Shown here piece after piece: positions 20,778 to 30,817 of a stretch of DNA of 64,000 nucleotides. The notes under the pieces were generated by a model. That model did not search any database and was not told the DNA's origin. It worked only from the letters and a program-made list of their open reading frames with translations. Positions within the stretch are counted from its first letter, which is position 1; each line of letters starts with the position of its first letter. The position numbers and the translations under genes are program-made. The stretch lies in contig LCKO01000002.1 of assembly GCA_001001485.1 (NCBI GenBank), forward strand, positions 47,567-111,566, read 5' to 3'. The stretch is from Candidatus Collierbacteria bacterium GW2011_GWB2_45_17 (lineage in GTDB: Bacteria > Patescibacteriota > Microgenomatia > UBA1400 > MFAQ01).

Positions 20778-21707
20778 TTACCCCACGTAATACAACACCC
20801 CGATCACCATTACCCCCCACGAAATTACCGTGGCCATCAGCGGTTTGTCGGACAGCAGAATTCTCTCCGGACTTTCACCCTCATTTCTTTCGTAAATCAG
20901 TTGTAGATATCTCATAATGCCGTAAACCACAAAGGGAATGGTGACCATCAGCCATTTTTCCGAGATCAGTGTTCTCGGTAGTATGGAAATAATATCCAGA
21001 GCTCTACCGTCCGGAATAATTCTCGGGTGATTGAAAGTAAACAAAGCGTAGGTAATCCAAGTTCCGGTCGCGAACATGGCGGTATAAATATCTAAAAGAT
21101 GTTCGGTGTATCTTTTAAGTGTCGCTCTTGTCTCTGCCTCTTTGTAGTTAAGGAGCAGGGTCATCTCGCTTCTTCTTTTTCCTACGGCCAGAAAGAGCGA
21201 GGCCGCGATCACCGTCATTAGAAACCACACATCCATATGCGCCGATATCGTAAAAGCGCCGGCGTAAACTCGGATCAAGTATCCGGAAGCGATCACAATC
21301 ACGTCCACAATCGGGACATTCTTCAAATAAGAGGTGTAAAAAATCTGCAGTATCAAGTAAGCCAGTCCGCTTATAAACAAGTAGTAGTTTATCTGCATGG
21401 CCCATGAAAGTCCCACCACTACCCCTACCACCAAAGAAAAAATGGCCATCGGTATCGGTAATCCCCCCGAAGCAATTGGTCTTGATTTTTTATACGGATG
21501 TTTCCGGTCTGCCTCGACGTCGACTAGATCGTTAAAGATATAAGTGATACTGCTAAAAATCGTAAAAACCAAAAACGCCTGAAAGACTAAGCTAAACGCC
21601 CCTTCTTGAAAAAGAAGACCCGAAAAAACCAAAGCCGCAAAAAGAGCGAAGTTTTTTACCCATTGTCTGGGGCGGACCGTTTTGAATAGCGCCAGGAGTA
21701 TTGCCAT
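20778..21707 (-). CDS. UbiA-family prenyltransferase (decaprenyl-phosphate phosphoribosyltransferase-like)
   Basis: RPRQWVKN, NDLVDVEADRKHPYKKSRPIASG, GKRRSE. Confidence 0.88.
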   Translation of the reverse strand: MAILLALFKTVRPRQWVKNFALFAALVFSGLLFQEGAFSLVFQAFLVFTIFSSITYIFNDLVDVEADRKHPYKKSRPIASGGLPIPMAIFSLVVGVVVGLSWAMQINYYLFISGLAYLILQIFYTSYLKNVPIVDVIVIASGYLIRVYAGAFTISAHMDVWFLMTVIAASLFLAVGKRRSEMTLLLNYKEAETRATLKRYTEHLLDIYTAMFATGTWITYALFTFNHPRIIPDGRALDIISILPRTLISEKWLMVTIPFVVYGIMRYLQLIYERNEGESPERILLSDKPLMATVISWGVMVIGVLYYVG

Positions 21708-22741
21708 AGTACGAAAACCAACATTAGTATAACCAATCCTATCATGATGAAGAGCTTACTTCTAGCCTCAAACTTCACTGCCGCTACTCCCAAGATAGCC
21801 GTCACCAGCCAATAAAATAAAGCCACTCTCCTCTTTCCCCAGCCCATCTCCAGTAATTTATGATGCAGGTGCCCCTTGTCTCCCCAGACCGGAGACTTTC
21901 CGGAAGCCACTCTCTTGATCGTTAGATAAATAAAGTCGATCAAAGGTACTCCCAATACTACCAGCACAGTGCCCACTTTTGCCGTGGCTAAAATTGAGAT
22001 CACTCCCAAAAGCAAACCGGCCAATGACGTCGCCGAGTACCCGGGCATAATTTTCTGCGGATAGAAGTGAAATACGGTTAGTCCTGCAAAAGCTCCGGCT
22101 AGAGCGAAAGCCAGCGTCGCCACCGGCCATTGGGTAATATCGGCGCTGTAAGTCAGAGATATTATTCCCACGATCAAAGCGGCGATCATTACCACCCCGC
22201 TAATTTGGCCATCGACTCCGGAGGACCAGTTTATCGCGTTCATCAAAATTGGGATCCACAACAGCGCAAACAGGTCGGCCAAAATCCAGATCTCATGATG
22301 TCTACCCAGCAGGTCGAAACCAATTCTTGGTTGAGATAGATCAATAATTCCGCCAAAGGGATTGGAAATAAAAGCGATACCAATCCCCGAAGCCACGATA
22401 ATTCCCACCGCCAAAAAATTAACGGCTAACCTTAGATATGGATTCATTCCTCGGACATCATCGATGAGGCCGGCCACTACGGTGATACCGGCCGCCAAAG
22501 CAATCGCAATTAAATGTTTATCCAGCTTCAAAAGAAGAGCCATGGTCACAAATACTGCCAAGAAAATTGCCAAACCACCGCCCTTAGGCACCGGCACATT
22601 ATGAATATGAGCCGGATGGGGGCTTTTCTTAGGGTCGATGACAAAACCCATTTTTGTAAAAAACCAAATAGTTAAAGGTGTAACCATCAGACTAAGTAGT
22701 AAGGAAATAAAGAAGGGCAAAAAAGTAATTAATGGATTCAT
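21656..22741 (-). CDS. MraY/WecA/TagO-family polyprenyl-phosphate sugar-1-phosphate transferase
   Basis: PKGGGLAI, GLIDD, NAINWSSGVDG, DKGHLHH. Confidence 0.88.
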   Translation of the reverse strand: MNPLITFLPFFISLLLSLMVTPLTIWFFTKMGFVIDPKKSPHPAHIHNVPVPKGGGLAIFLAVFVTMALLLKLDKHLIAIALAAGITVVAGLIDDVRGMNPYLRLAVNFLAVGIIVASGIGIAFISNPFGGIIDLSQPRIGFDLLGRHHEIWILADLFALLWIPILMNAINWSSGVDGQISGVVMIAALIVGIISLTYSADITQWPVATLAFALAGAFAGLTVFHFYPQKIMPGYSATSLAGLLLGVISILATAKVGTVLVVLGVPLIDFIYLTIKRVASGKSPVWGDKGHLHHKLLEMGWGKRRVALFYWLVTAILGVAAVKFEARSKLFIMIGLVILMLVFVLWQYSWRYSKRSAPDNG

Positions 22742-23073
22742 AGACCAATAATTATCTGTATAACTCTGAAAAAACTAGCCGCCGCCAAGATTACGGCCAC
22801 CAGCCCTCCCGTCATGATGGCAATCTCCACCGGAACATCCTCTTTGCTGGCCCATCGGGCAATCGCTCGAGTCATATAAAGCGAAGCAACCAAGCCTATT
22901 ATCACTCCAATCAGAGTTAATTTACCCACCAACTGTTGTTCACCTGAAGGCAAAGAGTAAAACCAGGGAACTTGTGGGGGGAGAGCTTTCCAAAACCAGG
23001 CCAAGGTCAGTCCCATGAGAACAATGACTATCTCACCAGTCAAAAAAATTTTCTTCACGGTCTTATTTTTCAT
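22738..23073 (-). CDS. Small membrane protein
   Basis: Three hydrophobic segments, LPPQVPWFYSLP motif; translationally coupled to neighbours. Confidence 0.7.
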   Translation of the reverse strand: MKNKTVKKIFLTGEIVIVLMGLTLAWFWKALPPQVPWFYSLPSGEQQLVGKLTLIGVIIGLVASLYMTRAIARWASKEDVPVEIAIMTGGLVAVILAAASFFRVIQIIIGL

Positions 23074-24578
23074 TAAACTTTTTTAGTTGTTACTCTGTAC
23101 TCCATATATCTTCCCATCATCAGACGGGTATGGGCATCGAGACCCGGCAGAGCCGAAAAGAAAAAGCCCACCACCGGTAGCAGAATAAATTCAAAGGGTG
23201 CTAATATTTTTCTCCATACAGGTAAGTTCGTTACTTTTGGTCTGGTTTTTAAATCTATCAATATCATTGCCATCAAGCTGATTAAAGACATGGTCAGGAT
23301 AGCCGAAGATACCTGAGGCAGGGTTTTCCCGATCACGGTTCTGGAAAAAGTCGGATTCAAAAGTGGCGGCATATTCGCTCCTACTGTAATGATGAACCAG
23401 TGAACCGGCCACATAAAATGGTCCTCCATTACCTTAAAAACTCTGATTGTCTTGTCCCAAAAAGGCGCTTCATCATCCAAGATATATCTCTTGATAATGT
23501 AAGCATCATCGCTCGCCCCCCACGCCCATCTTTTTACTTGTTCATAGGTATTGGTGTAAGTGCTCCAGAATCCATTGGCTTCCGCCGCATCGGCCGAAAC
23601 CGAAATAAAGAGCGGCTCTACCTCTACCTCCCCCTTGGTCGCAAAATAGGTTTTAAAGAAAATCCGGTAATCTTCGGGGATGACATCGGTATCCCAGTAG
23701 TCAATCTCATTCATCAATCTCAAACTCAAGGTATAAGTGGAAAAATTTATCAATCTATCGGGTCTCGATAGCTGAGCCATATAAATGACACTACTCATCC
23801 TATTAAATACTCTCATCGGCCAAGGAATTCTTTCAATATTGTTATAAAAAACAATCGCTCCCTGCCAAATCTTCTTGTATCTGTTTGGATCATCGAGGAA
23901 AGAATAGGTCAGCGCCGCCAAATGATTAGGATGCAGAGCCACATCGCAGTCCACCGAAGAGATGGTTAGCTTGTCTATATTCCAATCTCTGTGTTTGTTC
24001 AGTTCTTTCCGGAACTCTTTGCCTACCCATGAGGCATTGCTGGACTTACCCACCACTTCCCCCTCCAGATTGGCTGGATGATAGGTAAAAAATAAACTGG
24101 CAAATGTATCCTTAAATTTTTCTTTGAGCAACTTTTCTCTTTCCGAGTTTATCTCTGCCCCGGCTCTCTCTTCAAAACCTATTATTGGAATAATTTGTTT
24201 GGGACCAATCGTTTGTTTCTTTAACGCCTCCAAGGTTCTTTGTAGAATCTCCCCCGGTTCTTTGAAGGTCGGTAAGACAATCACGTGTTTTACCTCTTTC
24301 CAGTCCGCAAAGCCAAAGACATCTCCCATCCAGTCATACTTTTCCCAAGCCTTTATCCGGTAATAAGACATTACCCCCGCCCAGGCCAAAGACGCCGATC
24401 GGTAAAGCCAGTAGACGTTGAAGGCGATAATGAAGTAGGCGACGCCAATCGGCCAGAAAATCGACCCCCAGATGGGGAACAAAATAAATGTCCAGCTGGT
24501 TAGTCCGGGCAGAATCTCCAAAGCTCTTTGGCTCCCGTTTGGATATCTTTTGATTAAATATCTAAGGAATATAAACAT
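23073..24578 (-). CDS. Membrane glycosyltransferase family 2
   Basis: LPTFKE, GKSSN, DCD, PEDY, QVKRWAWG. Confidence 0.88.
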   Translation of the reverse strand: MFIFLRYLIKRYPNGSQRALEILPGLTSWTFILFPIWGSIFWPIGVAYFIIAFNVYWLYRSASLAWAGVMSYYRIKAWEKYDWMGDVFGFADWKEVKHVIVLPTFKEPGEILQRTLEALKKQTIGPKQIIPIIGFEERAGAEINSEREKLLKEKFKDTFASLFFTYHPANLEGEVVGKSSNASWVGKEFRKELNKHRDWNIDKLTISSVDCDVALHPNHLAALTYSFLDDPNRYKKIWQGAIVFYNNIERIPWPMRVFNRMSSVIYMAQLSRPDRLINFSTYTLSLRLMNEIDYWDTDVIPEDYRIFFKTYFATKGEVEVEPLFISVSADAAEANGFWSTYTNTYEQVKRWAWGASDDAYIIKRYILDDEAPFWDKTIRVFKVMEDHFMWPVHWFIITVGANMPPLLNPTFSRTVIGKTLPQVSSAILTMSLISLMAMILIDLKTRPKVTNLPVWRKILAPFEFILLPVVGFFFSALPGLDAHTRLMMGRYMEYRVTTKKV

Positions 24579-25411
24579 TTTGTATTTTGGCTAGTGATTT
24601 CTGCCAATTTAGGCAGGTCTAAGTTGAGTTCGGTAGCGACAAACTCAGCTATTATTTTAACATTCGCGGGTATGTTCACCGTCCCACGAAGCGGTTCTGG
24701 CGCTAAATATGGGCTATCCGTCTCCAGCAGTAACCTGTCCAAAGGCACCCTCCTCAGTAGTTCTCTCAGGTTCCCGGCCGTTTTGTAGGTAATGTTTCCA
24801 CAAAAACTGACGTAAAAACCTCGCTCCAGTATCATTTCCAAAAATTCCTCACTCCCGGCAAAACAATGAAATTGCCCCCGTAGGGGCGCATCGCGATGCG
24901 CCCGCCTAAAATTATCCAATTCATCCCTCATCTCCTCCTCCGCCTCCCGCATATGGATCGCCACCGGCAGATTATTCTCCACCGCGAGCTCCATTTGCCT
25001 CCTAAAAAGCTCTATCTGTTTTTCTTTCGTCTTTTTCTCTTTATCGTAGAAAAAATCCAGCCCTATCTCTCCAATTCCCACTACCCTCTTCGAACTTTTT
25101 ATTATTTCCTCTAATTCACCAATTACAACATCTGTCATTCCGGCCAGCGAGCCGGAATCCATCCCATCGTCATTGCGAGGTCGCCTAGGCGACCGTGACA
25201 ATCCATATAAATCTTCAACATTTTCCGGGTGAATCCCCACCAGGCAATACTGCTGATATTTCTCAGCAATCTCCACCGCCAGTTTGGCATCTTCTACACT
25301 GGTCGAGGGAAAGATCACTCTCTCCACTCCGGCTTCTTGGGCCCGCTTCAGCACCTCCCCAATGTCCGAGAATCTCCTGTCCGTCAGATGACAATGCGTA
25401 TCGATTAACAT
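24554..25411 (-). CDS. tatD: TatD-family DNase
   Basis: IDTHCHL, GIHP, GEIGLD, IHMREA, HCF, LLETDSPYLAP. Confidence 0.93.
   Translation of the reverse strand: MLIDTHCHLTDRRFSDIGEVLKRAQEAGVERVIFPSTSVEDAKLAVEIAEKYQQYCLVGIHPENVEDLYGLSRSPRRPRNDDGMDSGSLAGMTDVVIGELEEIIKSSKRVVGIGEIGLDFFYDKEKKTKEKQIELFRRQMELAVENNLPVAIHMREAEEEMRDELDNFRRAHRDAPLRGQFHCFAGSEEFLEMILERGFYVSFCGNITYKTAGNLRELLRRVPLDRLLLETDSPYLAPEPLRGTVNIPANVKIIAEFVATELNLDLPKLAEITSQNTKCLYSLDI
24879..24903 (+). repeat. GTAG-tagged palindrome in frame in tatD
   Basis: CGTAG-GGGCGCATCGCGATGCGCCC; encodes RAHRDAPLR. Confidence 0.8.
25133..25204 (+). repeat. Two tandem TGTC/CGTC-tagged palindromes in frame in tatD
   Basis: TGTCATTCCGGC..GCCGGAATCC (25133-25161) and CGTCATTGCGAGGTCGCCTAGGCGACC..ACAATCC (25168-25204); encode GLSRSPRRPRNDDGMDSGSLAGMT. 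Confidence 0.85.
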
Positions 25412-26827
25412 TTATTTCTCAATTCTCTGGAAAAGGTTTTCCCCTCGTTTAATTTCTTCTTTACCAAATTGCGCCATCAGCTTCTCGGCCGTCTCCGGCA
25501 TAAAAGGCACCATATCTGCCGCAATTTGCCGAATAATTCTCACGAGGTCCGTCAAGACAAACTCTTGATCTTCCCCCGTCAGTTTCCAAACTTCTCTCTG
25601 ATTAATTAAAGAGTCCGCCTTCTTCACGTCTTCCCAGATAAATTTCAAGGCTTCGTCAAATCTAAAGATCTTTAATTTATCCACCACTTCCTGGCTGATC
25701 TCCATTTTTTGTTCGGGCACCTTCAAACTGATCTTCTCGGCCATAGTCGCCACTCTCGCCGCCAAATTTCCGATACCATTGGCGAGATTCGTTTGGTACG
25801 CCTCTTCAAATCTATCAACAGTCACATCCGAATCTTCAAAAACACTCACTTCGGACAAGAGAAAATATCTCAAGGCATCCGCCCCATACTTCTCCGCCCA
25901 CTCCAGCGGATTAATCGTATTTCCAAGGCTCTTGCTAATTTTTTGCCCACCGGAAGTCAAAAACCCTCCTACCAAAACTTGCTTTGAAGTGGGCAGATCG
26001 GCCGACATCAGCATCGCTTGCCACATGGCTGTTTGTTGCCGGAGATTATCTTTGCCGCACACTTGCACCCCCGGCCAAAATTCCTTAAACCTTTTCGTAT
26101 TTTCTGGCCAGCCAAGGCATGAGATATAGTTCACCAGAGCATCAAACCACACGTAGATTATTTGTGTTGGGTCTCCGTGCACTTCTATTCCCCAGGGCAT
26201 TTTAGATTTGAGTCTCGATATCGAAAAATCCTGCAGACCTCCCTCTATAAAGATTCTCATCTCATTCTGTCGGAAATCGGGCATGACGAAATCGGGCTGT
26301 GCTTGGTAAAGACCCAGCAGTTTCTGTTGATAATTCGAAAATCTAAAGAAATAATTTTCCTCCTCGATATTTTGGAGTTTCTGAGTCGGATGTAGAGGAC
26401 ACTTCCCCTCCTCCAGCTCGGAATCGGTTTTTTCCAGCTCGCACCCCACGCAGTATTTTACTTTGTAAGTTTTTTTATAAATATCTCCCTTAGCTTCACA
26501 CAGTTTCCAAAACTCCTGCGCCGCTTGAATATGGTGCTCATCGGTTGTTCTGACAAAGTTGTCATATGACAAATTTAGCCCGGTTTTTAGTTGGCCAAAC
26601 TTGGCCGCATTCTCATCACAGTAGGCCTTTGGCTCTTGCCCCGCCTCCACTGCCATTTGATAAATCTTCTGCCCATGCTCATCCGTGCCGGTATTAAAGA
26701 AAACTTCGTCCCCCAAAGCTCGATGCATTCTGGCCAGAACGTCGGCTCTGATTATCTCCATCGCAAAACCAATATGCGGTTCGGCATTTACGTAGGGTAA
26801 GGTGGTGGTGATATAAAACTTTCCCAT
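25412..26827 (-). CDS. metG: Methionine--tRNA ligase
   Basis: PYVNAEPHIG, GTDEHGQK, YVWFDAL, KISKSLGN. Confidence 0.97.
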   Translation of the reverse strand: MGKFYITTTLPYVNAEPHIGFAMEIIRADVLARMHRALGDEVFFNTGTDEHGQKIYQMAVEAGQEPKAYCDENAAKFGQLKTGLNLSYDNFVRTTDEHHIQAAQEFWKLCEAKGDIYKKTYKVKYCVGCELEKTDSELEEGKCPLHPTQKLQNIEEENYFFRFSNYQQKLLGLYQAQPDFVMPDFRQNEMRIFIEGGLQDFSISRLKSKMPWGIEVHGDPTQIIYVWFDALVNYISCLGWPENTKRFKEFWPGVQVCGKDNLRQQTAMWQAMLMSADLPTSKQVLVGGFLTSGGQKISKSLGNTINPLEWAEKYGADALRYFLLSEVSVFEDSDVTVDRFEEAYQTNLANGIGNLAARVATMAEKISLKVPEQKMEISQEVVDKLKIFRFDEALKFIWEDVKKADSLINQREVWKLTGEDQEFVLTDLVRIIRQIAADMVPFMPETAEKLMAQFGKEEIKRGENLFQRIEK

Positions 26828-26852
26828 TTCCCCATTTTACCCCAATAAACCC

Positions 26853-26898
26853 CGTCATTGCGAATCTCGTACTCGAGCTGTGGCAATCTCACTCCACC
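26853..26898 (+). repeat. CGTC-tagged REP-like element (intergenic)
   Basis: CGTCATTGCG...GTGGCAATCTCACTCCACC. Confidence 0.8.
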
Positions 26899-27260
26899 TA
26901 TCTGAATATCTTCTTTATCCCCCCTGTTATCTTCTCCGTCCAGTCACTGGCCCACTCTTCAGCCTTTATTCTCCTGATCATCTCTTGCCAGCCTGAGTTC
27001 CCCAAATTTTCCGCTACCGTGGCGATGGTGGCTGAGCTAACCTTAATATTATTTTTGATGTCTTCGTAGTTTCGGCCTTTATCAAGATAAAGTGCTATTC
27101 CCAGCCTTTTTATTACCGCCGTTCTCTCCCCCTCAGTTAGGACGTCACAGAGAACAGTCTTCAAGTCCTCCGGCGAGTCAATCTCTGCCAGTACCTGGTA
27201 AAACATCTGGTCTAACTGCTTCTCCAACGTCTTGTTAATTGGATTTTGTGAAACTTGCAT
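26898..27260 (-). CDS. TrpR-like YerC/YecD family protein
   Basis: LTEGE...KRL.IA, Y..I......VSSATIATV. Confidence 0.8.
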   Translation of the reverse strand: MQVSQNPINKTLEKQLDQMFYQVLAEIDSPEDLKTVLCDVLTEGERTAVIKRLGIALYLDKGRNYEDIKNNIKVSSATIATVAENLGNSGWQEMIRRIKAEEWASDWTEKITGGIKKIFR

Positions 27261-27281
27261 ATTTCTGTCCTAAATAATAAC

Positions 27282-27319
27282 CCTGCCTGCCGGTTTACCC
27301 GCCGTGGTGGGCAGGCAGG
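27282..27319. repeat. CCTGCCTGCC...GGCAGGCAGG inverted repeat
   Basis: 10-bp perfect stem, intergenic. Confidence 0.7.
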
Positions 27320-27347
27320 TCTTTAATTAATTAAACCACACCTACAT

Positions 27348-27391
27348 CGTCATTGCGAGGAGGTATTCCGACGTGGCAATCTCACTCCACC
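27348..27391 (+). repeat. CGTC-tagged REP-like element overlapping a stop codon
   Basis: 42/44 nt identical to the copy inside lepA (62869-62912). Confidence 0.9.
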
Positions 27392-27744
27392 TCTTTTTTC
27401 GGCCTTGTCTTCATCAAATATATTTCCAAAGAAATCAAGAGCCCCAGTATCAGCACCCCATTCATCACCGACCCTAGTCCCAAAACTCTCATTTGTAGAA
27501 ATGCCGTTATCCCAAGAGTCCATCGCAATGCTGCTTGAGCCGACATCAGCAAGATAGACAACAGCCAAAAAATGCCTCCCATCACGAGCATCATCATCGG
27601 AAAATAACTTCCGGGAATAATCATATTTTTCATTGTCTCCGGATCCACTTTCCAAACGACGAAGCCAATCACCAACCAATTCAACACCGCAAAAAACACC
27701 AACCATCCATATCTCTTCTTCTGTCGGTGTTTGTTTACTTCCAT
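27382..27744 (-). CDS. Small multi-TM membrane protein
   Basis: Basic N-terminus then about four hydrophobic segments. Confidence 0.7.
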   Translation of the reverse strand: MEVNKHRQKKRYGWLVFFAVLNWLVIGFVVWKVDPETMKNMIIPGSYFPMMMLVMGGIFWLLSILLMSAQAALRWTLGITAFLQMRVLGLGSVMNGVLILGLLISLEIYLMKTRPKKEVE

Positions 27745-27776
27745 CTACTCAATTTAACCACACTATATAATGAACT

Positions 27777-28760
27777 ATGTCTTCCGATACCCTGATCATT
27801 GTTTCCTTCCTCGCCATCGGCCTGCTTTTAGTTTACCTTCTTCTCAAACAGAAGCTCGAAGCTCAGAAAACCGATCCGACTCTCAACGCTTGGCTCAAGT
27901 CCCTCCAGCAGTCTTTCGACACGACGAACCGTACCACCAACGCCTCTCTTCAGCAAAACTACCGCGAGCTCTTCGCCCGTCTCGATCAGGCTACCGCCGT
28001 CATTAGTGACCTCAAGAAAGAAGCCGGCGCCTTCGGCGAGGTCAGCCGCTCCATGAAAGATCTCCAAGATTACTTGAAGTCTCCCAAACTGAGGGGCAAC
28101 ATCGGTGAACAAGTCCTCAAAGACCTCATCGGCCAGATGTTCCCCAAAAATAGTTTTCATCTTCAATATCATTTTAAGGATGGCTCCATCGTCGATGCCG
28201 CCATCAAAACTCAAGCCGGCATCCTTCCGATCGACTCCAAGTTTCCCATGGAAAACTTCCAAAAAATCTACTCGGCAACTTCGGCTACCGACAAAGCCGC
28301 CGCTCGCAATGCCTTCATTCGCGATGTCAAAAAACACATCAAAGATATCTCCGGCAAGTACATTCTGCCGGAAGAAGGCACTCTCGACTTTGCACTTATG
28401 TACATTCCCTCAGAAACCATTTTTTACGAGATAGTCAACGAACAAGAGCTTATGGATCTGGCCCGCGACTCCCGTGTCTATCCTGTCTCGCCCACCACTC
28501 TCTATGCCCACCTTCAGACCATTCTTCTGTCTCTCGAAGGCCAGAAAATCGCCGGCAAAACCTCCGAAGTTTTTACTCTCCTAAGAGCCGTTCAAAAAGA
28601 CTACGAAAAGCTCAACGAAAACTTTGTTCTCATGGGTAAACACCTAACCAACGCCTACAACTCTTTAGGTAGTACCTCCCAAACCATGAACCAGATCGGC
28701 ACCAAGCTCGACTCCGCTCGCCAGCTCAAAACCGGCCTCCTAGAGGATACAGAGATATAA
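27777..28760 (+). CDS. rmuC: DNA recombination protein RmuC
   Basis: N-terminal TM, KLRGNIGE, PIDSKFP, TLDFALMYIPSE, VSPTTL. Confidence 0.93.
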   Translation: MSSDTLIIVSFLAIGLLLVYLLLKQKLEAQKTDPTLNAWLKSLQQSFDTTNRTTNASLQQNYRELFARLDQATAVISDLKKEAGAFGEVSRSMKDLQDYLKSPKLRGNIGEQVLKDLIGQMFPKNSFHLQYHFKDGSIVDAAIKTQAGILPIDSKFPMENFQKIYSATSATDKAAARNAFIRDVKKHIKDISGKYILPEEGTLDFALMYIPSETIFYEIVNEQELMDLARDSRVYPVSPTTLYAHLQTILLSLEGQKIAGKTSEVFTLLRAVQKDYEKLNENFVLMGKHLTNAYNSLGSTSQTMNQIGTKLDSARQLKTGLLEDTEI

Positions 28761-28769
28761 TATATAGAA

Positions 28770-29609
28770 ATGGTCAAAATACTATCAAAGGTTGAAGCAA
28801 TCAAATTATTGGGATTAGACGACAAAACATTTGAAAATTACTTCAAGAACGCAAGAGAATTTTTCTGTCTTCCTAGAAAAGGGAAAGAAAGATTTCGATT
28901 CGACGAGGACGAGTTAAAGCACTGGAAGAAGGACTTAATATGGCGTACTATAAATCTCAACTTTGAAGACTACGCCACTTGCCTAGATTTTGCTTTAGCT
29001 CAACATTTTCGAAAATATGTTGGTTCTGACTGGGGAACATCTAGACAAAGAGAATTTGGCCAAAAAATCACAAATTGGGTTAAGGGTCAATTGGGCGAAA
29101 TTGCCGTACAAAAATTTTTCAATAGGGAATTTGGAAAAGAAATTGAACTTGATTTCGATATTCACCCAAAGATAGTTCCCCAAGATATTATTGGAGTTTT
29201 AGAAAATCGTAAAATGAGAAAACCAAAAATAGGTGTTGGTATTAAATCTTCAAAACCAAAAAGTGCCTTTCTTGTTCTTGGAGACAAAGAGATTAAACTT
29301 AAGGAGAGGAGGTCGGATATCTATATTTATTGCCGACCAGATATCCCAGATGACCACCTTCTAAGATTGACAAAGGATTTGATCGTCAAAGCGGTAAAAG
29401 ACAAGCCACTATTCTCGAAATATAAGGACCTGCTTCCTGATTTTAATGATATTCCTTGTGAAGTAGTTGGTTGGTGTAGATACAAGGAGCTAGAAGAAGT
29501 ATCTTCCATTCCTGGGCAGGCTTTTGATAATGGAACAAGGTTTGTAAAAAAATCTGGTGAACTACACAAGAGTAAATCAGATTGGAAAAAACTTATCCAG
29601 CAACTATAG
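28770..29609 (+). CDS. Putative restriction endonuclease: N-terminal excisionase-like HTH plus PD-(D/E)xK-like domain
   Basis: LSKVEAIKLLGL HTH-like start; KGQLGE...PQDI...GIKSS; convergent with and overlapping a C5 MTase; AT-rich. Confidence 0.6.
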   Translation: MVKILSKVEAIKLLGLDDKTFENYFKNAREFFCLPRKGKERFRFDEDELKHWKKDLIWRTINLNFEDYATCLDFALAQHFRKYVGSDWGTSRQREFGQKITNWVKGQLGEIAVQKFFNREFGKEIELDFDIHPKIVPQDIIGVLENRKMRKPKIGVGIKSSKPKSAFLVLGDKEIKLKERRSDIYIYCRPDIPDDHLLRLTKDLIVKAVKDKPLFSKYKDLLPDFNDIPCEVVGWCRYKELEEVSSIPGQAFDNGTRFVKKSGELHKSKSDWKKLIQQL

Positions 29610-30774
29610 CTGGCTGAAAAACAAACATCTCTTCTTGATTCGATGAAACCTTTTCATTTTTACGTTTGTCTGTGATGTTCGCATAAACCCAATCATAATT
29701 TACCCCGGCAAATGTTTTTAATACTGCCTCCGAAATAATTTTAGCGGCTTTTGGCGGTACAGCCATTCCAATTTGTTTTCTTACGCTTTCTTTTGAACCT
29801 TCAAACACGAAATTGTCGGGAAAGGTTTGAATCCTTGCTCTTTCTCTGTTTGTTAAGGCTCTGTTTTCACTCCAATGATATCCGTGCGTTCCCCCACCTC
29901 CACTTCCAGTAATTGTATATGACGGTTTATCTTGGTGGAGCCTTTTATAGATTTGGCTTAATTTTGCCCCTTTTACATTCAGCTGTAGATATTTAGGAAT
30001 TGCTGAGTACCAAGCATTTTCACCTGGAGGTATATACTTTAATCTTTCTTCGACAATTTTTGATTGTGCGGTCATTTCGTTATTGGGAGCGTCTCTTTCA
30101 ATCGGAGGATTTTCTATGGCGTACTTAGCTGAAATATATTTGTTTGCGGATATGGGCGCTGGAACTCTAAATTCCAACCCCAAATCTTTTCTAATTCCTA
30201 TTATTACCACTCTGTGACGAGTTTGTGGTACCCCGTACTCTTCGAATTTATATTGATGTGCCGTAATTCTGTATCCTTCTCCAGCGTCTTCTAGATCCTC
30301 CAATATTTTTTCAAAGGCCCTACCACCATTGGCACTCTGCAGGCCACTAACATTTTCAGCCATAAACCACTTTGGATTATGTATATTTATGGCTTTGACA
30401 CCAAAGTTATACAAGGGGCCAAATTTTCCATTGAAGCCTTTTTGCTCGCCTACAACACTAAAATCATTGCATGGAAACCCAAAAGCCAAAACATCAAACG
30501 ACGGAACTTTTCTGAAATCAATTGTTTCGACCGGAGCACAAACTACTTTTGACATGTCACCGTGATGGATATTTTTTGCGTATGTTTTACACGTATTCTC
30601 ATCTATGTCATTCGCCCAAACAGGCTCAATTTCGTATATACTACCCGTTGAGTCAACAATCCTCGATGATTTTGCTCCAAAGGATAATCCTCCGGGGCCA
30701 CAAAATAGTTCAGCAAGTCTAAACTTTGTCGAATTGTTTTTTTGAATTCTATCAGCTTTCACAAGATTAAACAT
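29593..30774 (-). CDS. DNA (cytosine-5)-methyltransferase
   Basis: ELFCGPGG (I), GFPCNDFS (IV), ENV (VI), QTRHR (VIII), RERARIQTFPD (IX), QIGMAVPP (X); ATG 30774 preferred. Confidence 0.95.
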   Translation of the reverse strand: MFNLVKADRIQKNNSTKFRLAELFCGPGGLSFGAKSSRIVDSTGSIYEIEPVWANDIDENTCKTYAKNIHHGDMSKVVCAPVETIDFRKVPSFDVLAFGFPCNDFSVVGEQKGFNGKFGPLYNFGVKAINIHNPKWFMAENVSGLQSANGGRAFEKILEDLEDAGEGYRITAHQYKFEEYGVPQTRHRVVIIGIRKDLGLEFRVPAPISANKYISAKYAIENPPIERDAPNNEMTAQSKIVEERLKYIPPGENAWYSAIPKYLQLNVKGAKLSQIYKRLHQDKPSYTITGSGGGGTHGYHWSENRALTNRERARIQTFPDNFVFEGSKESVRKQIGMAVPPKAAKIISEAVLKTFAGVNYDWVYANITDKRKNEKVSSNQEEMFVFQPAIVAG

Positions 30775-30817
30775 TCGTATAATATTTGGATATATATTAA
30801 GTAAAGCAGAATAGAAA

